Assembly: GCF_963921235.1 (NCBI RefSeq)
Contig: NC_086108.1
Coordinates: forward strand, 85,190,001-85,254,000
Direction of reading: 5' to 3'
Length of the DNA: 64,000 nucleotides
From: Mobula hypostoma
Lineage: Eukaryota
Shown: one piece after another, positions 50,872 to 63,721 of the stretch
Numbering within the stretch: position 1 is the first letter of the stretch
Layout of the letters: every line of letters starts with the position of its first letter
Position numbers and translations under genes: made by a program
Notes under the pieces: model-generated
What the model saw: only the letters and a program-made list of their open reading frames with translations
The model's database searches: none
Told to the model about the DNA's origin: nothing

Positions 50872-51511
50872 ATTCAGAATCAGGTTTAATATCACCAGCA
50901 TATGTCATGAAATTTGTTGTTTTGTGACAGCAATACATTGCAATACCTGATAATAAGAACTATATATATATATAATTAAATGAAATAAGTAGTTCAAAAA
51001 TAGAGGAAAAAATATGGAGGTCGTGTTCATGGGTTTATTGCCTATTCAGAGATCTGGTGGCAGAGGGAAAGAAGATGTTCCTGAAACATTGAGTATGTGA
51101 CTTCAGGCTCCTGTACCTCCTCCTTGATGGTTGCATTGAGAAGAGGGCATGTCCTGGGTGATGGGGGTCCTTAATAAAGCATTGGAGACACCACCTCTTG
51201 AAGGTGCCCTGGATACTGGGGAGGCTAGTGTACATGATGGAGCTGGCTAGTTTACAGCCTTCTGCGGCCTTTTCTAATTCTGTGCAGTGGCCCCTCCAGA
51301 CCAGACGGTGATGCATCCAGTCTCTCCAGGGTACACCTGTAGAAATTTGCAAGTGCCTTTGGTGACATACCAATCCTCCTCAAATTCCTAATGAAATATA
51401 TACTTCTTTGTAATTGCATCAACATGTTGGGCTCAGGACAGATCCTCAGAGATGCTGACAGCCCAGAGATTGAAACTGTTCACCCTTTCCACTTCTGATC
51501 TCTTGATGAGG
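50872..51511 (-). mobile_element. Rex1/Babar LINE 3' fragment
   Basis: IKDPHHPGHALFS..RRYRSLKSHTQCFRNIFFPSA. Confidence 0.85.
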
Positions 51512-52050
51512 GAAGAAGCATTCCCTTACAGACAACGAACATGTTTCAGGCAGACCGAAGTATGTCTTTCACCATGCTGATGACCTTGAACCAGCACTAG
51601 ATGTTTGTGCCTTGGAACAGCCTAATGACCACGTGCTGTCAATTACGCAGCTGCTCAGGATGAGCTTGAACAAGGACTCTTCCAGACCATCTTTATAAAT
51701 GCACAGTCCATACCGAGGTGGACGATTGTGTCATCTGCATCACAGCCATCTTACGGTAAACGTGGACTGGGATCGAGTTACTGACTGTGCAGGAAGCATC
51801 TGACAGTGAAGTTCCCTCTCACTCCGACCAAACACGATCTTGGTACATATTCATGAGTTCTGGCAAAGCGAAATTCTAAAAAAATGGTTTTTCGTCAGTC
51901 TGCCCCGGAAACCACCCCACAGAATCCATCTTGTCATTCTCCCACAACGTCTGCAGGGTATTCAATGCTGGAGTTGTGGTAAAAATACCTTTTTCTGAAA
52001 GGACTTTTCATGAAGGACAGTTAGTGTAGCAAAATACAACTGAAGCAAAC
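51512..52050 (-). mobile_element. Tx1-clade (L1-like) LINE ORF2 C-terminal relic
   Basis: Manual minus-strand translation across frames: QTLWENDKMDSVGWFPGQT..LPELMNMYQD..DGCDADDTIVHLGMDCAFIKMVW..CWFKVISMVKDILRSA, matching a zf-RVT (C..C..ET..H...C) C-terminus. Confidence 0.65.
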
Positions 52051-53085
52051 ACTGTGTGAGAATGAGGGCAGATCCATCCTTTCCAACATTAGGGACAGAT
52101 AAAACCTCAGCACTTAATGACAATTGGCATTTGTGTACTTCATATCATATCATACCAACAGGATTCCAAAATGTTGGAGCTGAGTGCTTGGTCTCATTTG
52201 AATATCTGCATCACTCACACTTACAGTAACAAGGACAGGTTTTTTCATCTTGGGGAGACCAGCTGCTTGAGGGATTTGGTGAAGCGCAAAGCACAAATGA
52301 AGTTTCCAATCAAGGGATTCTTTAATACTAACATTCCTTCCATTATAGAAATATCTTATAGGCTATTCATCTTCAATGTACAAGCAATTACCACCAGAGG
52401 ATTTATTTCTTGCTTAAGGACACCACTACATGGTATGGACGTGACTGAAGTTTTTTATCGCCTGCATCAGTGATCTTGTTGACATTAAATCGCACACATT
52501 ATCTAAATCCCATCATCCATCTCTTACTACTTACTAGTACAACTAAGTTGCTAATCTGCAGTTGCTAACAAAGTACCAGTGACTGAATTTCTAGAGACTA
52601 CTTCTTTAGTTAAAGAAGAATCTTGTCTACCCGAAACAACTGAAAGTGCAAGCTCATTCCTCATTATATGGTAAATCAAGGAAAGATTTAAGGCCTGATT
52701 TTAACTCGATATGAAATTCTTGGGAGTGGGACTTGGGGTGGGTGGAAGCCATTGCCAAGTTTCCATGAAATTAGTTTGAAGTCTGTGCTACTTTGCCTTC
52801 AGAATTATAGCGTGTCCCCAACCCCATCCCCTAATAATCTATGGATTTCTGGCACAGTTCCAGACCTTACAGGTGCTTCTGGAGGTTGTTACTATGGTTT
52901 CTGCTACCCTTTCAAGTCTTATTCCTTCTCGAAGGAAAAACAGAAATATTTCTAACAATGGAACATAAGAGAATTTCTGTAAGGCCAATTTACAAGTCAT
53001 CTTGAGGTTGTGAGATCTATGGCTGAAAGCTAATCCTGGTTTCCTGGGATTAGTTTTTCTTGATTTTGCAGGCAATCTTGAGAGC

Positions 53086-53212
53086 AGTTTTCCTGATGAA
53101 AGGTCTCGGCCTAAAATGTTGACTGTTTAGTCCCTACTGCCTTGCTGAGCTCTACCAGCACATTGCGTATGTTGTTTAAGATTACCAGCATCTGCAGACT
53201 CTCTTGTGTTTG
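53086..53212 (+). mobile_element. PLE tail with decayed hammerhead
   Basis: cctgatgaaaggtctcggcctaaaatgttgact...ccagcatctgcagactctcttgtgttt. Confidence 0.75.
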
Positions 53213-54086
53213 AGAATGGTTGTAGCATTTGGAGTTAAAATACGGTAGTGTCTTATTTACGATGCATTGGAGATTATAGAAGAGCCACAAGCTTTTAGCT
53301 GGTATATGGCCTGGTTAAAATCAGTTTTTAAAAAATGTAAACAACTGAGTTAGATTAATGACAACATCATAAAAATGACATGTTAGAGAGAATTTGCTTC
53401 ATCATCTTCAGAAAAGGTGATAAGTCACAGTTTTCTATTTTTGAACGTTTGTTTGTAGCTATTTATATTTCTCATTTGGAAAATGTTGTGTCAGCTGACT
53501 GACTGGCTGGTCATTTATTTTTATTAGTTATAGAGTCATACAGCACAGATAAAAAAAAGAAGGCCCTTTGGCACATCAAGACCGCACTGGCCATCAAATA
53601 CCCATCTTCAATAATCCCTTTTCTTTATACCCACCACATTGCCGTCAACTGTCTGCAGCTTCTGCTGCTCACCTACCCCACTGCTGTCAGTTTACTCGAG
53701 CCATTTAACCTGCCAACCTGCATACCTTTGGGATGCAGGAGAAATCATGTGCTCTGTGAGCTTTTTGGGCTGGGCAGGCACGTGGTCAAGCAGGATTGGC
53801 AGACCGCCACACAGGCAAAACCAGATGTCAGGGCTGAACTGGGCCTCCGCAGTAGTGAGGCAACAGGTCACCTCACTGCCCATTATTCTTCTGACCTTAG
53901 GGCCATGGTATTTGGTATTGGAAACTCTATAAGACCCATACTATTCCTGCCATTTGTAATTACTGCTCTTCTATGCTGGGAAACGACTATAGTTGATAAT
54001 CCTCACTATGCCAATGTTCTTGACTAGATAATGGGCTCTGACAAATGGGCATGTGGAGGTACCTTAATATTTTTTGAATGAGATTT

Positions 54087-54099
54087 GTGTGTGTGTGTG

Positions 54100-54132
<33 letters not shown>

Positions 54133-54140
54133 TTCTCTCT
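54087..54140 (+). repeat. (GT)n(CT)n compound microsatellite
   Basis: Seen directly. Confidence 0.9.
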
Positions 54141-54184
54141 AGTGGCTAATTCTATCAATGGGCCAAAAAGTAAGGAAATTAAGT

Positions 54185-54500
54185 CAAAGTAAGTTGCAGA
54201 AAGTTGTAAAATTGGTCAGTTCCATTACAGGTACGAATCTTTGTAGTATCCAAGCCATTTTCAAGGAGCAGTGCCTCAGGAAGAAGCCCGTTATTAAGGA
54301 CCCCCATCTCCCAGGCCATGCCCTGTTTTCATTTTCGCCATCGGGAAGCAGATGCAGAAGCCTGAAGGCAAACACTTAGTGATTTAGGAACAGCTTCTTT
54401 CCCTCTGCCAGAAGATTCCTAAATGGACATTGAACCTGTGAACACTGCCTCACTACTTACTTATTTCTGTTTTTGCACTACTTCCTTTAACTTAACCGTT

Positions 54501-54552
<52 letters not shown>

Positions 54553-54665
54553 AATTTAATTCAGTTTTAAAAATATATTTACCATGTATTGCATTGTACT
54601 GTTGCTGCAAAGTTAACAAATGTCACGATATATTCATGTAATATTAAGCCTGATTCTAATTCTGA
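54185..54665 (+). mobile_element. Rex1/Babar 3' fragment containing (AC)n at 54503-54550
   Basis: KLQKVVKLVSSITG..IKDPHLPGHALFS..GSRCRSL. Confidence 0.85.
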
Positions 54666-55242
54666 AGTTAAGAAGTAATACGTGAGTACTGCAAACAATC
54701 AGTATATTCCTCTGTTTGCTGGGATTCAGTACTGTTTGAATGAATAATTTAAACAGTGAGTTTTACTTAAAAAAGAATCAAATTAATGCTTAATGTATAT
54801 TTCCAATCATTTTCTTATTGTCAACTGTTCAGAAATTTAAAGCTACTACTAATTTGTAATATCCGGGTGTGGCGTTTTGCAAAGTAGATGCATTGTTTGC
54901 TTGTACTGCTTCATGCACTCAACAGTGGAAGTGTTTGATTCAAAGTTGTGTCACTCAGGAAGTTATTTTGTAACTTGTCCTTTTATCTGGTGGAAATTCT
55001 CTAATAACACTAGAGTCTGCGGTTTTCTTGTACCAGTTTCAAAGGCCCAGGGAACAATTATTTCCATAAATCTGATTTATTGTGCCAGCTGATGCTAAGA
55101 TGTTCCTGATTATTAGATAAAAAATGGTCAATTATTTCCTCTGAATGGCTGTCCTAAGTCTCTGTGACCTTGCACTAAATTCACAGGCTGCAGTTGAAGC
55201 TGTTTTCCCTCTCCAGCAAATCAATTCATTTTCCCCTTTTTT

Positions 55243-55419
55243 CAACACACATAAAAAATGCTGGTGAACACAGCAGGCCAGGCAGCATCTATAGGAAGAT
55301 GCAGGTACAATCGAAGAGGTACTTCTTCCTATAGATGCTGCCTGGCCTGCTGCATTCACCAGCATTTTTTGTGTGTGTTGCTTGAATTTCCAGCATCTGC
55401 AGATTTCGTCGTGTTTGCG
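55243..55419. mobile_element. Short inverted PLE-tail insertion with 13-bp TSD
   Basis: Arms 55243-55298 and ~55326-55380; TSD ttccccttttttc at 55231-55243 and 55420-55432. Confidence 0.88.
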
Positions 55420-55989
55420 TTCCCCTTTTTTCGTTTGCTTTGCTATTTTATGTTCCTGGGAACTACTTACCAATCTAATGAGCGAGATGAAATAAAGAGA
55501 AAAAAATCATTCACCAAAGTGTTTGATTCTGCTTATGATCAGAATGCTTGGACATGTTTGACCAAAAAAAAGAGAACCGATGCAAGTATCAGTGTTTCTG
55601 GAAATATCTCCAACTGCTAAGTATTGTAGTTAATTCAGGCTGACCAGAGAAGCCTGTAACAGTTTAGCCTATTTAAGTGAAGCAACTTGAATGAGATGTT
55701 CTGGGATTTAATCATAACAGGTATTTTGCAAATGTACAACTTACCATTAAAACCGATAGGGAAAGATTGATCAGACAGTCATGGGCCTCTTTAAACAAAG
55801 ACATGCACGACATTAAGGATGCGCTCCTACCTTCTAGGTTTGGTTAGGCTGCTGGTGATGACAGTCTAGCTTGTATTATATGGAGATGCAGAGACCCAGC
55901 CAGGAATCAAAGCAAGAAAATGATCATGCACAGCAATGATGTGGTTAGGAGAGCCCTGGAGCTAAGAAGAAGGGAGCTACAGTGAGGGC

Positions 55990-56390
55990 GGGGTGGGTTC
56001 CGACTGTAGAAAATGCAGTGACCTTTGGCATAGTCTCACCTTCCATGCCCTCTTTTTGAGCACTAAGATATACTGTACATCATGAGTTGGTAGAAGACTT
56101 GCCTCCTGCTGCACTGCTTGGCCAGAGATGTACCAAATGCAACAAAGTCATCCGCAGCATTCATCATTTGTTCCTCTGGGTCCTTCAAAGGCACTGCTGG
56201 TGATGTGTCCATTTTGCTGCACATAAATGTATGGCAGGTCTCAGATGTATTCGTGGCTAGGATGTATCTTAATGCCAATCTTGCCTGCAATGATACCAGT
56301 CAAAAAGGGCACACACCCTATTCTGCATCTGGACAAACTGCCCAAGATTCAGGATGCCATTGACTGCACTCTCTTGCAGCTGTCTGTTCA
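55990..56390 (+). mobile_element. PIF/Harbinger (HARBI1-like) transposase relic
   Basis: VPNATKSSAAFIICSSGSFKGTAGDV..WQVSDVFVAR, then LPKIQDAIDCTLL in the next frame, resembling 'FYASGSFQ..GD' and 'FP.V.GAIDCTH'. Confidence 0.6.
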
Positions 56391-56504
56391 GGTATGTCAA
56401 TGGACTTGTTCATTATGTGCCGTGTCATAGGATGTGGATGATCATGGTCTTTCCATGACCATGATTGTTCTTTGAAAAATTTTCTACAGAGGTGGTTTAC
56501 CTCT

Positions 56505-57876
56505 GTGAGTAATTAATTTGTAAATTAATTGCAGATATAAAACACAAAATATTTGATTGCGTATTTACTTAACCACTTCAAGTCAGTATTTAGTAGATGC
56601 ATATTTGGCGCAATTACATCCTCGAGTCTGTGTGGCTAGGTCTCTATCAGCTTTGCTCATCTGAACACAGCAAATTTTCCCCATTCTTCTTTACAAAACT
56701 GTTCAAACTCTGTCAAATTGCATGGGGATCGTGAGTGAACAGTCCTTTTCAAGTCTAGGCACAAAGTGTCAATTGGACTGAGGTCTAGACTCTGACTTGG
56801 CCACTCCAGGACATTAACTTTGTTGTTTCTAAGCCATTCCTGTGTAACTTTGGCTTCAGGCTTGGGGTCATTGTCTTGCAGGAAAACAGATCTTCTCCCA
56901 AGTCACAGTTCTCTTGCAGACTGCATCAGGTTTTCCTCCAGGATTTCCCTGTATTTTGCTGCATTAATTTTACCTTCTACCTTCACAAACATTCTAGGGC
57001 TTGCTGCAGTGAAGCATCCCCACAGTATGATGCAGACCCCACGTTGCATCACGGTAGGGATGGTGTGTTTCTGATGATACGCGGTGTTTGGCTTATGCCA
57101 GATTTAGTGTTTAGTCTGATGGCCAGAAAGCTCAGTTTTGGTTTGATCAGACATTAGAACCTTCTTCCAGCTGACTTCAGAGTCTCCCACATACCTTCTA
57201 GCAAACTCTAGCATTTCATGTGAGGTTTTTTTCAAGTGTCTTTCTCTTTGCCAGTCTCCCATAAAGCTGCGACTGGTGAAGCCTCTGGGCAACAGTTGTT
57301 GTATTTGCAGTCTCTCCCATCTCAGCCACTGAAGCTTGTAACTCCTCCAGAGTTGTCACAAGTCTCTTGGTGGCCTCCCTCACTAGTCCCCTTCTTACAC
57401 AGTCACTCAGTTTTTGAGGATTTTCTGCTCTAGGCAGATTTATAGTTTTACCATATTCTTTCCATTTCCTGATGATTGACTTAACTTTACTCCAAGGAAT
57501 ATTCGGTGACTTGGAAATTTTCTTGTATCCATCTCCTGACTCATGTATTTTTACAACAATCAATTGAAGCACCTTGACTGCACCTGGTGATCTCCACTTA
57601 ACTAACTGTGTGACTTCTAAAACCAATCGGCTGCACCAGTAATGATTTGGCGTGTCATATTAAAGGAGGTGAATACTTAGGCAATCAATTATTTTGTGTT
57701 TTATATTTGTAATTAATTTAGATCACTTTGTAGAGCTCTGTTCTCGCTTTGACACAAGTCTTTTTTCTGTTGACCAGTCTCACAAAAAAAGCCAAATTAA
57801 ATCCACTGTGATTCAATGTTGTAAAACAATAAAACATGAAAACTTTTGGGGGGGGAATTTTTTTGTATAGGCACTG
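56505..57876 (-). mobile_element. Tc1/mariner transposon, degenerate
   Basis: HESGDGYKKISKS..IPWSKVKSIIRKWKEYG..TTLEELQ; WKKVLMSDQTKTEL. Terminus cagtgcctata next to TA (57877-57878); internal inverted-repeat remnant 56518-56575 vs 57669-57720. Confidence 0.9.
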
Positions 57877-57902
57877 TAGTTAAATGACAATAAACTTGAC
57901 TT

Positions 57903-58098
57903 GACCAGGAGTTGTGAGAGCACCGGTTGCTCATACGACCATCCATCACCTGCTCCCATGGCTTCACATGACTCTGATCGGGGGAGGGTGGGGATAAGCA
58001 GGTGCTAAGCCTTGTCCAAGGTTGACCTGCAGGCTAGCGGAGGGAAGGAATGCCTTATACCTCCTTTTGGTAGAGATTTATCTCCACTCCGCCACCCA
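57903..58098 (-). mobile_element. SINE-like element 5' part (likely 3' part at 56400-56500, split by Tc1)
   Basis: gggtggcggagtggagat..ccctccgctagcctgcaggtc; recognised as a repeat from recall only. Confidence 0.35.
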
Positions 58099-58794
58099 CT
58101 CTATGAATTGGTGAGCTCTATTCAACAGATTTGATTTCATTGATGTTTGACTGATATGCATCCATTTGAAAATATTTATGGAAACATATACCATATCCCC
58201 AGAGAGTTATGAGAATCCTTTCATCCCACATCAACCCATGCAGATCCACCCTCTTTAGACCTGCTAGCAGGCACGAAGGATGGCTTTTAGAATACAAATT
58301 CCAAGGAGTTGGCCAACCTAAACATGGAGTAGGCATTCTTTTAATCTACTGAAGCACCAGTATTTGAGGCTGATTTTTCCCCATTCTCTCAACAACAGAG
58401 CCACTGATCTGACTGCTATTGTTACTTTCCCTGAGAGGCCATTCTCCCAAAAGCATCAGAGTGGGGAACAGCCACAGGCAACTCCTGCACAACTTGCCTT
58501 CCTCTTCTGGCTGTTTTCCCATCTATCTGGCTGAACTTGCGGGGTGACTACCTCCCTGATTTCAGCTCAGCAACACATGTGATACGCAGTGGTTTAAAAC
58601 GGTGTAAGCAGGTAAGAGCATTGTTAATTTCAGGACTGCAGTTTTTGGAAGGATGGAAATAACTGGCCTAAAAAGTCTGTAAACTATAGGGGAGTGGCCA
58701 GTTTGAAGCAGCTACTTTGAGTTTAAAGTGCAGAGGCTTTGATGAGTGAGGCTTTGGAGAGGGGGCTGAGCAGTAGCTCAGGATAAGGTCTGTC

Positions 58795-60220
58795 CTTTAA
58801 CTAAGTCACCTCTCATCTTCCTTCACTCCTAAGCGAAAAGCCCTAGCTCACTCAATTTTTCATCATATGACATGTTCTCTAATCCAGTCAGCGTCCTGGT
58901 AAACTTCCTTTGCAAACCCTCTAAAACTTCCACATCCTTCATATAATGAGACAGCCAGAGGCTGAACACAATATTCCAAATTTGTTCTGTTTTTTAGAGC
59001 TGTAACATTACCTCGTGACTCTTGAACTTAGCCCCCCTGAAAAATGAAGGCTAACGCACCATATCTCTTCTCAACAACTTGTACGGCCATTTTGAGAAAT
59101 TGTGGATGTGGACTCCAAAGTTCTGTTGTTCCTTCACTTTGCTAAGAATCCTGCCATTAATCCGATATTCTGCCTTCAAATTTGACCTTCCAAAGTGAAT
59201 CACTTCATGCTTTTCCAGCTTGAACTCCATCTGCTACTTCTCAACCCCACTCTTGACAATGTCATGTTGTAACCTACAACAACCTTCTATCCTACACAAT
59301 TCACTAATCCCAGTGTCATCTGAGAGCTTACAATCCTACTCCTCCACTTCCAAGCCATTTATAAAAATCACAAAGATCTGAGGTCCCACCAGTCGCCAAC
59401 ATGCAGGCAGAAACTGCTCCATCTATGGGCAAGTCAATTCCAAATACGTACAGCCAAGTTTCCCTGAATCCACGTGCCTTAACTTTCTGAATGAGCCTAG
59501 TATGGGGGACCTTATCAAGCAGCTTACTAAAACCCATATGTACTACATCCACTGCTCTACCTTCATCAATGAGGTTTGTTATATGCTCAAAGAATTTAAT
59601 CAGGCTTGTTAGACATGACCTACCCTTCCAATCATCATCAAATGACCATGACATGCTCTCTTCTCACTGCTGCCATTCGGAAGAAGGTACAGGAGCTGTA
59701 GGATTCCACTAAGTCTTGGAATAGTTATTACCCCTTAACATCATGTGTTTGAACCACAGGGGATAATTCACTCAACTTCACTTACCCCATCATTTAAATG
59801 TTCCCACAACCTATGCATTCATTTTCAGGGATTCTTTATCTCATGTTTGCTTACTTATTTATTATTATTATTTCTTTCTTTTTGCATTTGCAGTTTGTTG
59901 TCTTTTGCACACTGGTTGAATACCTGAGTTGGTGTGGTCTTTCATTGCTTCTATTATGGTTATTATTTTATCATAGAGTATTAAGTATGCCTGCAAGGAA
60001 ATGAATCTCAGGATTGTATATGGTGACATGTTTGTACTTTGATAATAAATTTACTTTGAACAAAGCCACGCTGACAAGCAGACTCTGCTTTCCCAAATGC
60101 TCGTAAATCCTGTTTCTAAGGATCTTTTCCAATAATGTGGCCTCCACAGAATAATTCCCACTTGCCTATGATTCCCTACTCCTTTTCTTGAACAAAGGAA
60201 TAACATCAGTTTTCCTCCTA
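58795..60220 (-). mobile_element. Old CR1 RT relic with nested Rex-type 3' fragment (59635-60062, +)
   Basis: KGRSCLTSLIKFFEHITNLIDEGRAVDVV..FSK..DKVPH. Confidence 0.8.
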
Positions 60221-61964
60221 GAGATATGCCACCAGTGTGGGCTAGCTCCTCCTTTTGTCACTGTTAATACTTCACCACATAAGGCCATAAGTTGTCTTGG
60301 GTGAAAATAATTAGCTTTTTATTATACATGGCTGGCTGCAGCTCAGCATGTTGGCCCCTTCGAGGGGCATCATGCACCCTATGTTTGTACAGGTTCAAAG
60401 TTCACACTTCTTCCAATACTCCTTTCTTTCTGCAAGTTTTCAGTTTCCTAACCATCTACTCTAGCCATCTGCCATTGTTAAACTGTATAGATATAACCTA
60501 TCATACCTATCATACCTTTTACAGCAAACAATTCCCATTGTGTCATGCAGATACAGTCTAGGCTTCAACAAGGCAATTGATAACACCAATTACCAAAACT
60601 AAAATAATATTAAATAACATATTTTAATTGAAACATATTTCAACAGGTCCCTGAGAAAAGCTGTATAACAAGTGAGGCTTGCGTTGCTTTGAAACCATGT
60701 TATTTAATTGCTGCCTCAATGTAAAATCTCCTGATTCCTCCAAGCCTCCTCTCTGAATTGATCTGCGATGTCACCATGTGGGTGCACATCTTGCCTGCTG
60801 TCATACGTTGGAGATACAGAAGCCTGAAGTAAATGGATTATTATGAATCCACATAGAAATCGTACATTCCATGCATCAGTAGTTTTTTCTTCTGTGACTG
60901 GCTTCACTTTTGTTTTCGAATTTATTTTGACCCATTTCCAGGCATTTATTAGGTCCAAGGGTTCTTTTTTAGATGCAACAGTCTGAAGAGAAAAGATGAT
61001 GCCCATTAGATTTTAAAATATTGAATCCATCTGGTCTGCGCGTCAAGTAAATTTGATTCTTTTTGTGTTATACTCATTTCTCAAACTACAAAATCATTTC
61101 ATGCATGTCAAATTAATCAAAGTGTGTGGGGGAAGATTTCCTTTATTCAGGATTGAAATAAAATCTGTTTGAATGTAAAAGAAAACATACAGTATCACAA
61201 CAACTGTAATTAGAGTAATTCTGTGGATATAATATTTGATGCTCCTTTGCCATCACCTGAATTTTCTTTGCTAAACTAATTTGTTGCAACTTTCCTGGCC
61301 TACATTGCCTTACTGGGCAGATTCTGGAGGATGAATGAAATGGTCAGGTATAGATTTTCTATTCATGTGATTTTGTTTTTGTCTCGGCTGCAGACTATGT
61401 TTTGAAGACTGTTGTATGAAAAAGCAGAAGCTGAACAGTCTCGCTGTTCGAAATGCTTCCAGACAAAATGAAACAGCATTGTTCAATATGCTGTCAAAAA
61501 CAACAATTTTCTGTAGTTCCACACTAGGGCTTCAAACTCACTTAAGGTAGGAATGAGCATGTGCCTGTATGAAAGCAAGAACAGATGGGTTCAGCAGTGT
61601 TAACGTACAGGCTTCAGTTGTATGTCACTTGCTCACTTCCTGGCAGAGTCATTCAGGAAGTTAGTGGGATGCAGCTCGCTGCCCAATAAAGTTATGTCAG
61701 TTGGAATCGTTCCAGGCACAAAATGTAGGTGAAAAAATTCCTGGTCCTAATGGTGGAGGGGAGTATCCAAGAGGAAGGAAGAGCTCTGGTTTTGCAGAGA
61801 ACCTCTGAGGTTGAGCCCTGGGGTTGGGATGATTTACTTCCACCCCATTTCCGTCTCGCAGCATTCTGTGTCCATGTTATTTAGATTTAATTCATGGTAT
61901 AGATGCCAAAGTGTGAACGGTTTTGAAATGGGTAGCTTTTGTACACCAGGAGCTTCACTGCTCT

Positions 61965-62235
61965 GGATCTTCAGATCTCAGGATCAGTAATAAGCTCTGG
62001 TCTGTCTGTGTGGAGTTTGCTGTTCTTCCTTTGCCCCCGTGAGCTTTCTTTGGGTGTTCGCATTTCTCTGACATCCTAAAAATATGTGGGTTGCTAAGTT
62101 AATTGTTCACTCTACATTGCCTTTCTCTATAGATGCATGGTAACATCTGGTGAGGGGGTGGTCGGTAAATGGGTTATGGCGGGATGAGACTTGGTAGCCA
62201 GAAGGCCTTATTTACAAGCTTTACCTCTCTATTAT
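61965..62235 (+). mobile_element. Degenerate V-SINE-type SINE
   Basis: gtctgtgtggagtttgc..ttcttcc..gggtgttcgcatttc. Confidence 0.55.
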
Positions 62236-62284
62236 TTTATGAGAGGTGCTCAGTTTCAATGACTGAGTGAGCTATGTTGGTTGG

Positions 62285-62612
62285 ATTCAGGGCTTTATGC
62301 TTTGGTTCTTGGTAGGATCACCCATGCCAAATAGGTCAAAGGGTAGAGGCCAGGCTAAGACTGGTCCACCAGTCCTCTAGGTTCAGGGCTTTATTTTAGG
62401 GCTCACTGCTAAAACAAAACTGTTACAGTAACAGCAATGAAGAATCCTTCTACATCTGAGTGTGACGGTATTCCTGAGTCTCCACCCGGAACTTGTATGA
62501 CTGACAGTAGTGAAAACCGAGCTACTGACATGATGATGGAAGCATTGAGCACCGCCAGAGATGGAGGACCTTCATTGCTGCCCTAAACGCCGGTGGTGTA
62601 ACAGAGAGTAAA
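62285..62612 (+). mobile_element. Probable RTE-derived non-autonomous element
   Basis: 5' ggtaggatcacccatgccaaataggtcaaagggtagaggcc and 3' gatggaggaccttcattgctgccctaaacgcc (RTE-like end). Confidence 0.45.
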
Positions 62613-62939
62613 GAGAGAGCACAGTCTCAAGAGACCAAGGACCCAGGATCCAGGATGATTACAAACTGGACTCTGTTACACTGATTTAGCTGAGATGAGG
62701 GTGTGTGGAGGGGAAATATTTGAATGGTTGGGAGTGAATGGAAGGGTGGGAGCTCAAGGGGTGAGGAGGGAGAGTCGGTGAAGGAGAAGATGCTGAGAGG
62801 GAGTGGAGGTTCCTCTTTCTCCTAAGGTTTACCAGGCCCATGAAGAATAAAATCAAACTCCTATATTATTGAATTTCTGGCAGATTAGAATAACAGGAAC
62901 ATCTCCTCTCTATTATTCATGCAATCACCTTTGAGATCC

Positions 62940-63435
62940 CTATTCTTCACATCCCTCTTGGAACCCTTCCCTTCCCTCACTCCTTCTCAGCATCTTCCCC
63001 TTAACTCACATTGCTCCTCAGCTCTGTGCCCTTCACACCTCACCCCCTGGCCACCTTTTTCACCCACCACTCATCACCCTCCTCTTCAGACCCCACTTCT
63101 CAGCTCCCTCACCTCACTTATCACCTTCCCCTCTCCCTCCCCAACTCTTTACTTTACTCACCCTCAGGACCTCTCTTCATCTCCCTTGCTTTTGTATCCC
63201 CTCTCAGCACACACTCTTACCCTCCCCACCTCAGCACCCTCACCTTCACTCCCCACCACCATACATTCTCCTCTTCACTCCCACCCACTCCTCAGCAGCC
63301 TCCCCTTCAACCTCCTTAGCCTCCTCCCCTTCTCTTGACCAATTCTCAGGTTTCTTTCCTTCACTCATTCTCCAATCTCAACAACTCTTCTTCACTGCAC
63401 ACCCCCATCTCAGCTCCCCCCAACCCTTCCCTCAA
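62940..63435 (+). repeat. Pyrimidine-rich low-complexity tract
   Basis: C/T-rich with almost no G over ~500 bp. Confidence 0.8.
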
Positions 63436-63438
63436 CGC

Positions 63439-63720
63439 TAGCAACATAGAAAACCTACAGCACAATACAGGCCCTTCAGCCCACAATGCTGTGCCGAACA
63501 TGTACTTATTTTAGAATTACCTAGGATTATCCATAGCCCTCGATTTTTCTAATCTCCATGTACCTATCCAGGAGCCTCTTGAAAGACCCTATCGTATCTG
63601 CCTCCACCACCATTGCCACGCACTCACCACTCTCCGCGTAAAAAACTCACCCTTGACATCTCCTCTGCACCTACTTCCAAGCACCTTAAAACTGTGCCCT
63701 CTTGTATTAGCCATTTCATG
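63439..63720 (-). mobile_element. CR1 3' fragment
   Basis: NTRGHSFKVLGSRCRGDVKGEFFTRRVVSAW; acatagaaaacctacagc tail. Confidence 0.85.
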
Positions 63721-63721
63721 G

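Noticed and set aside
51531..51700. Plus-strand exon-like open frame DNEHVSGRPKY…
   Set aside because: Better explained as the antisense strand of a Tx1-type LINE relic.
56063..56290. Minus-strand ORF/exon candidate
   Set aside because: Antisense to the Harbinger transposase relic.
61634..61662. Inverted ETS motif pair (acttcctg…caggaagt)
   Set aside because: Short motifs expected by chance in 64 kb; no independent support.
62919..63338. Pro/Ser/Leu-rich ORFs
   Set aside because: Artefact of the pyrimidine-rich low-complexity tract.
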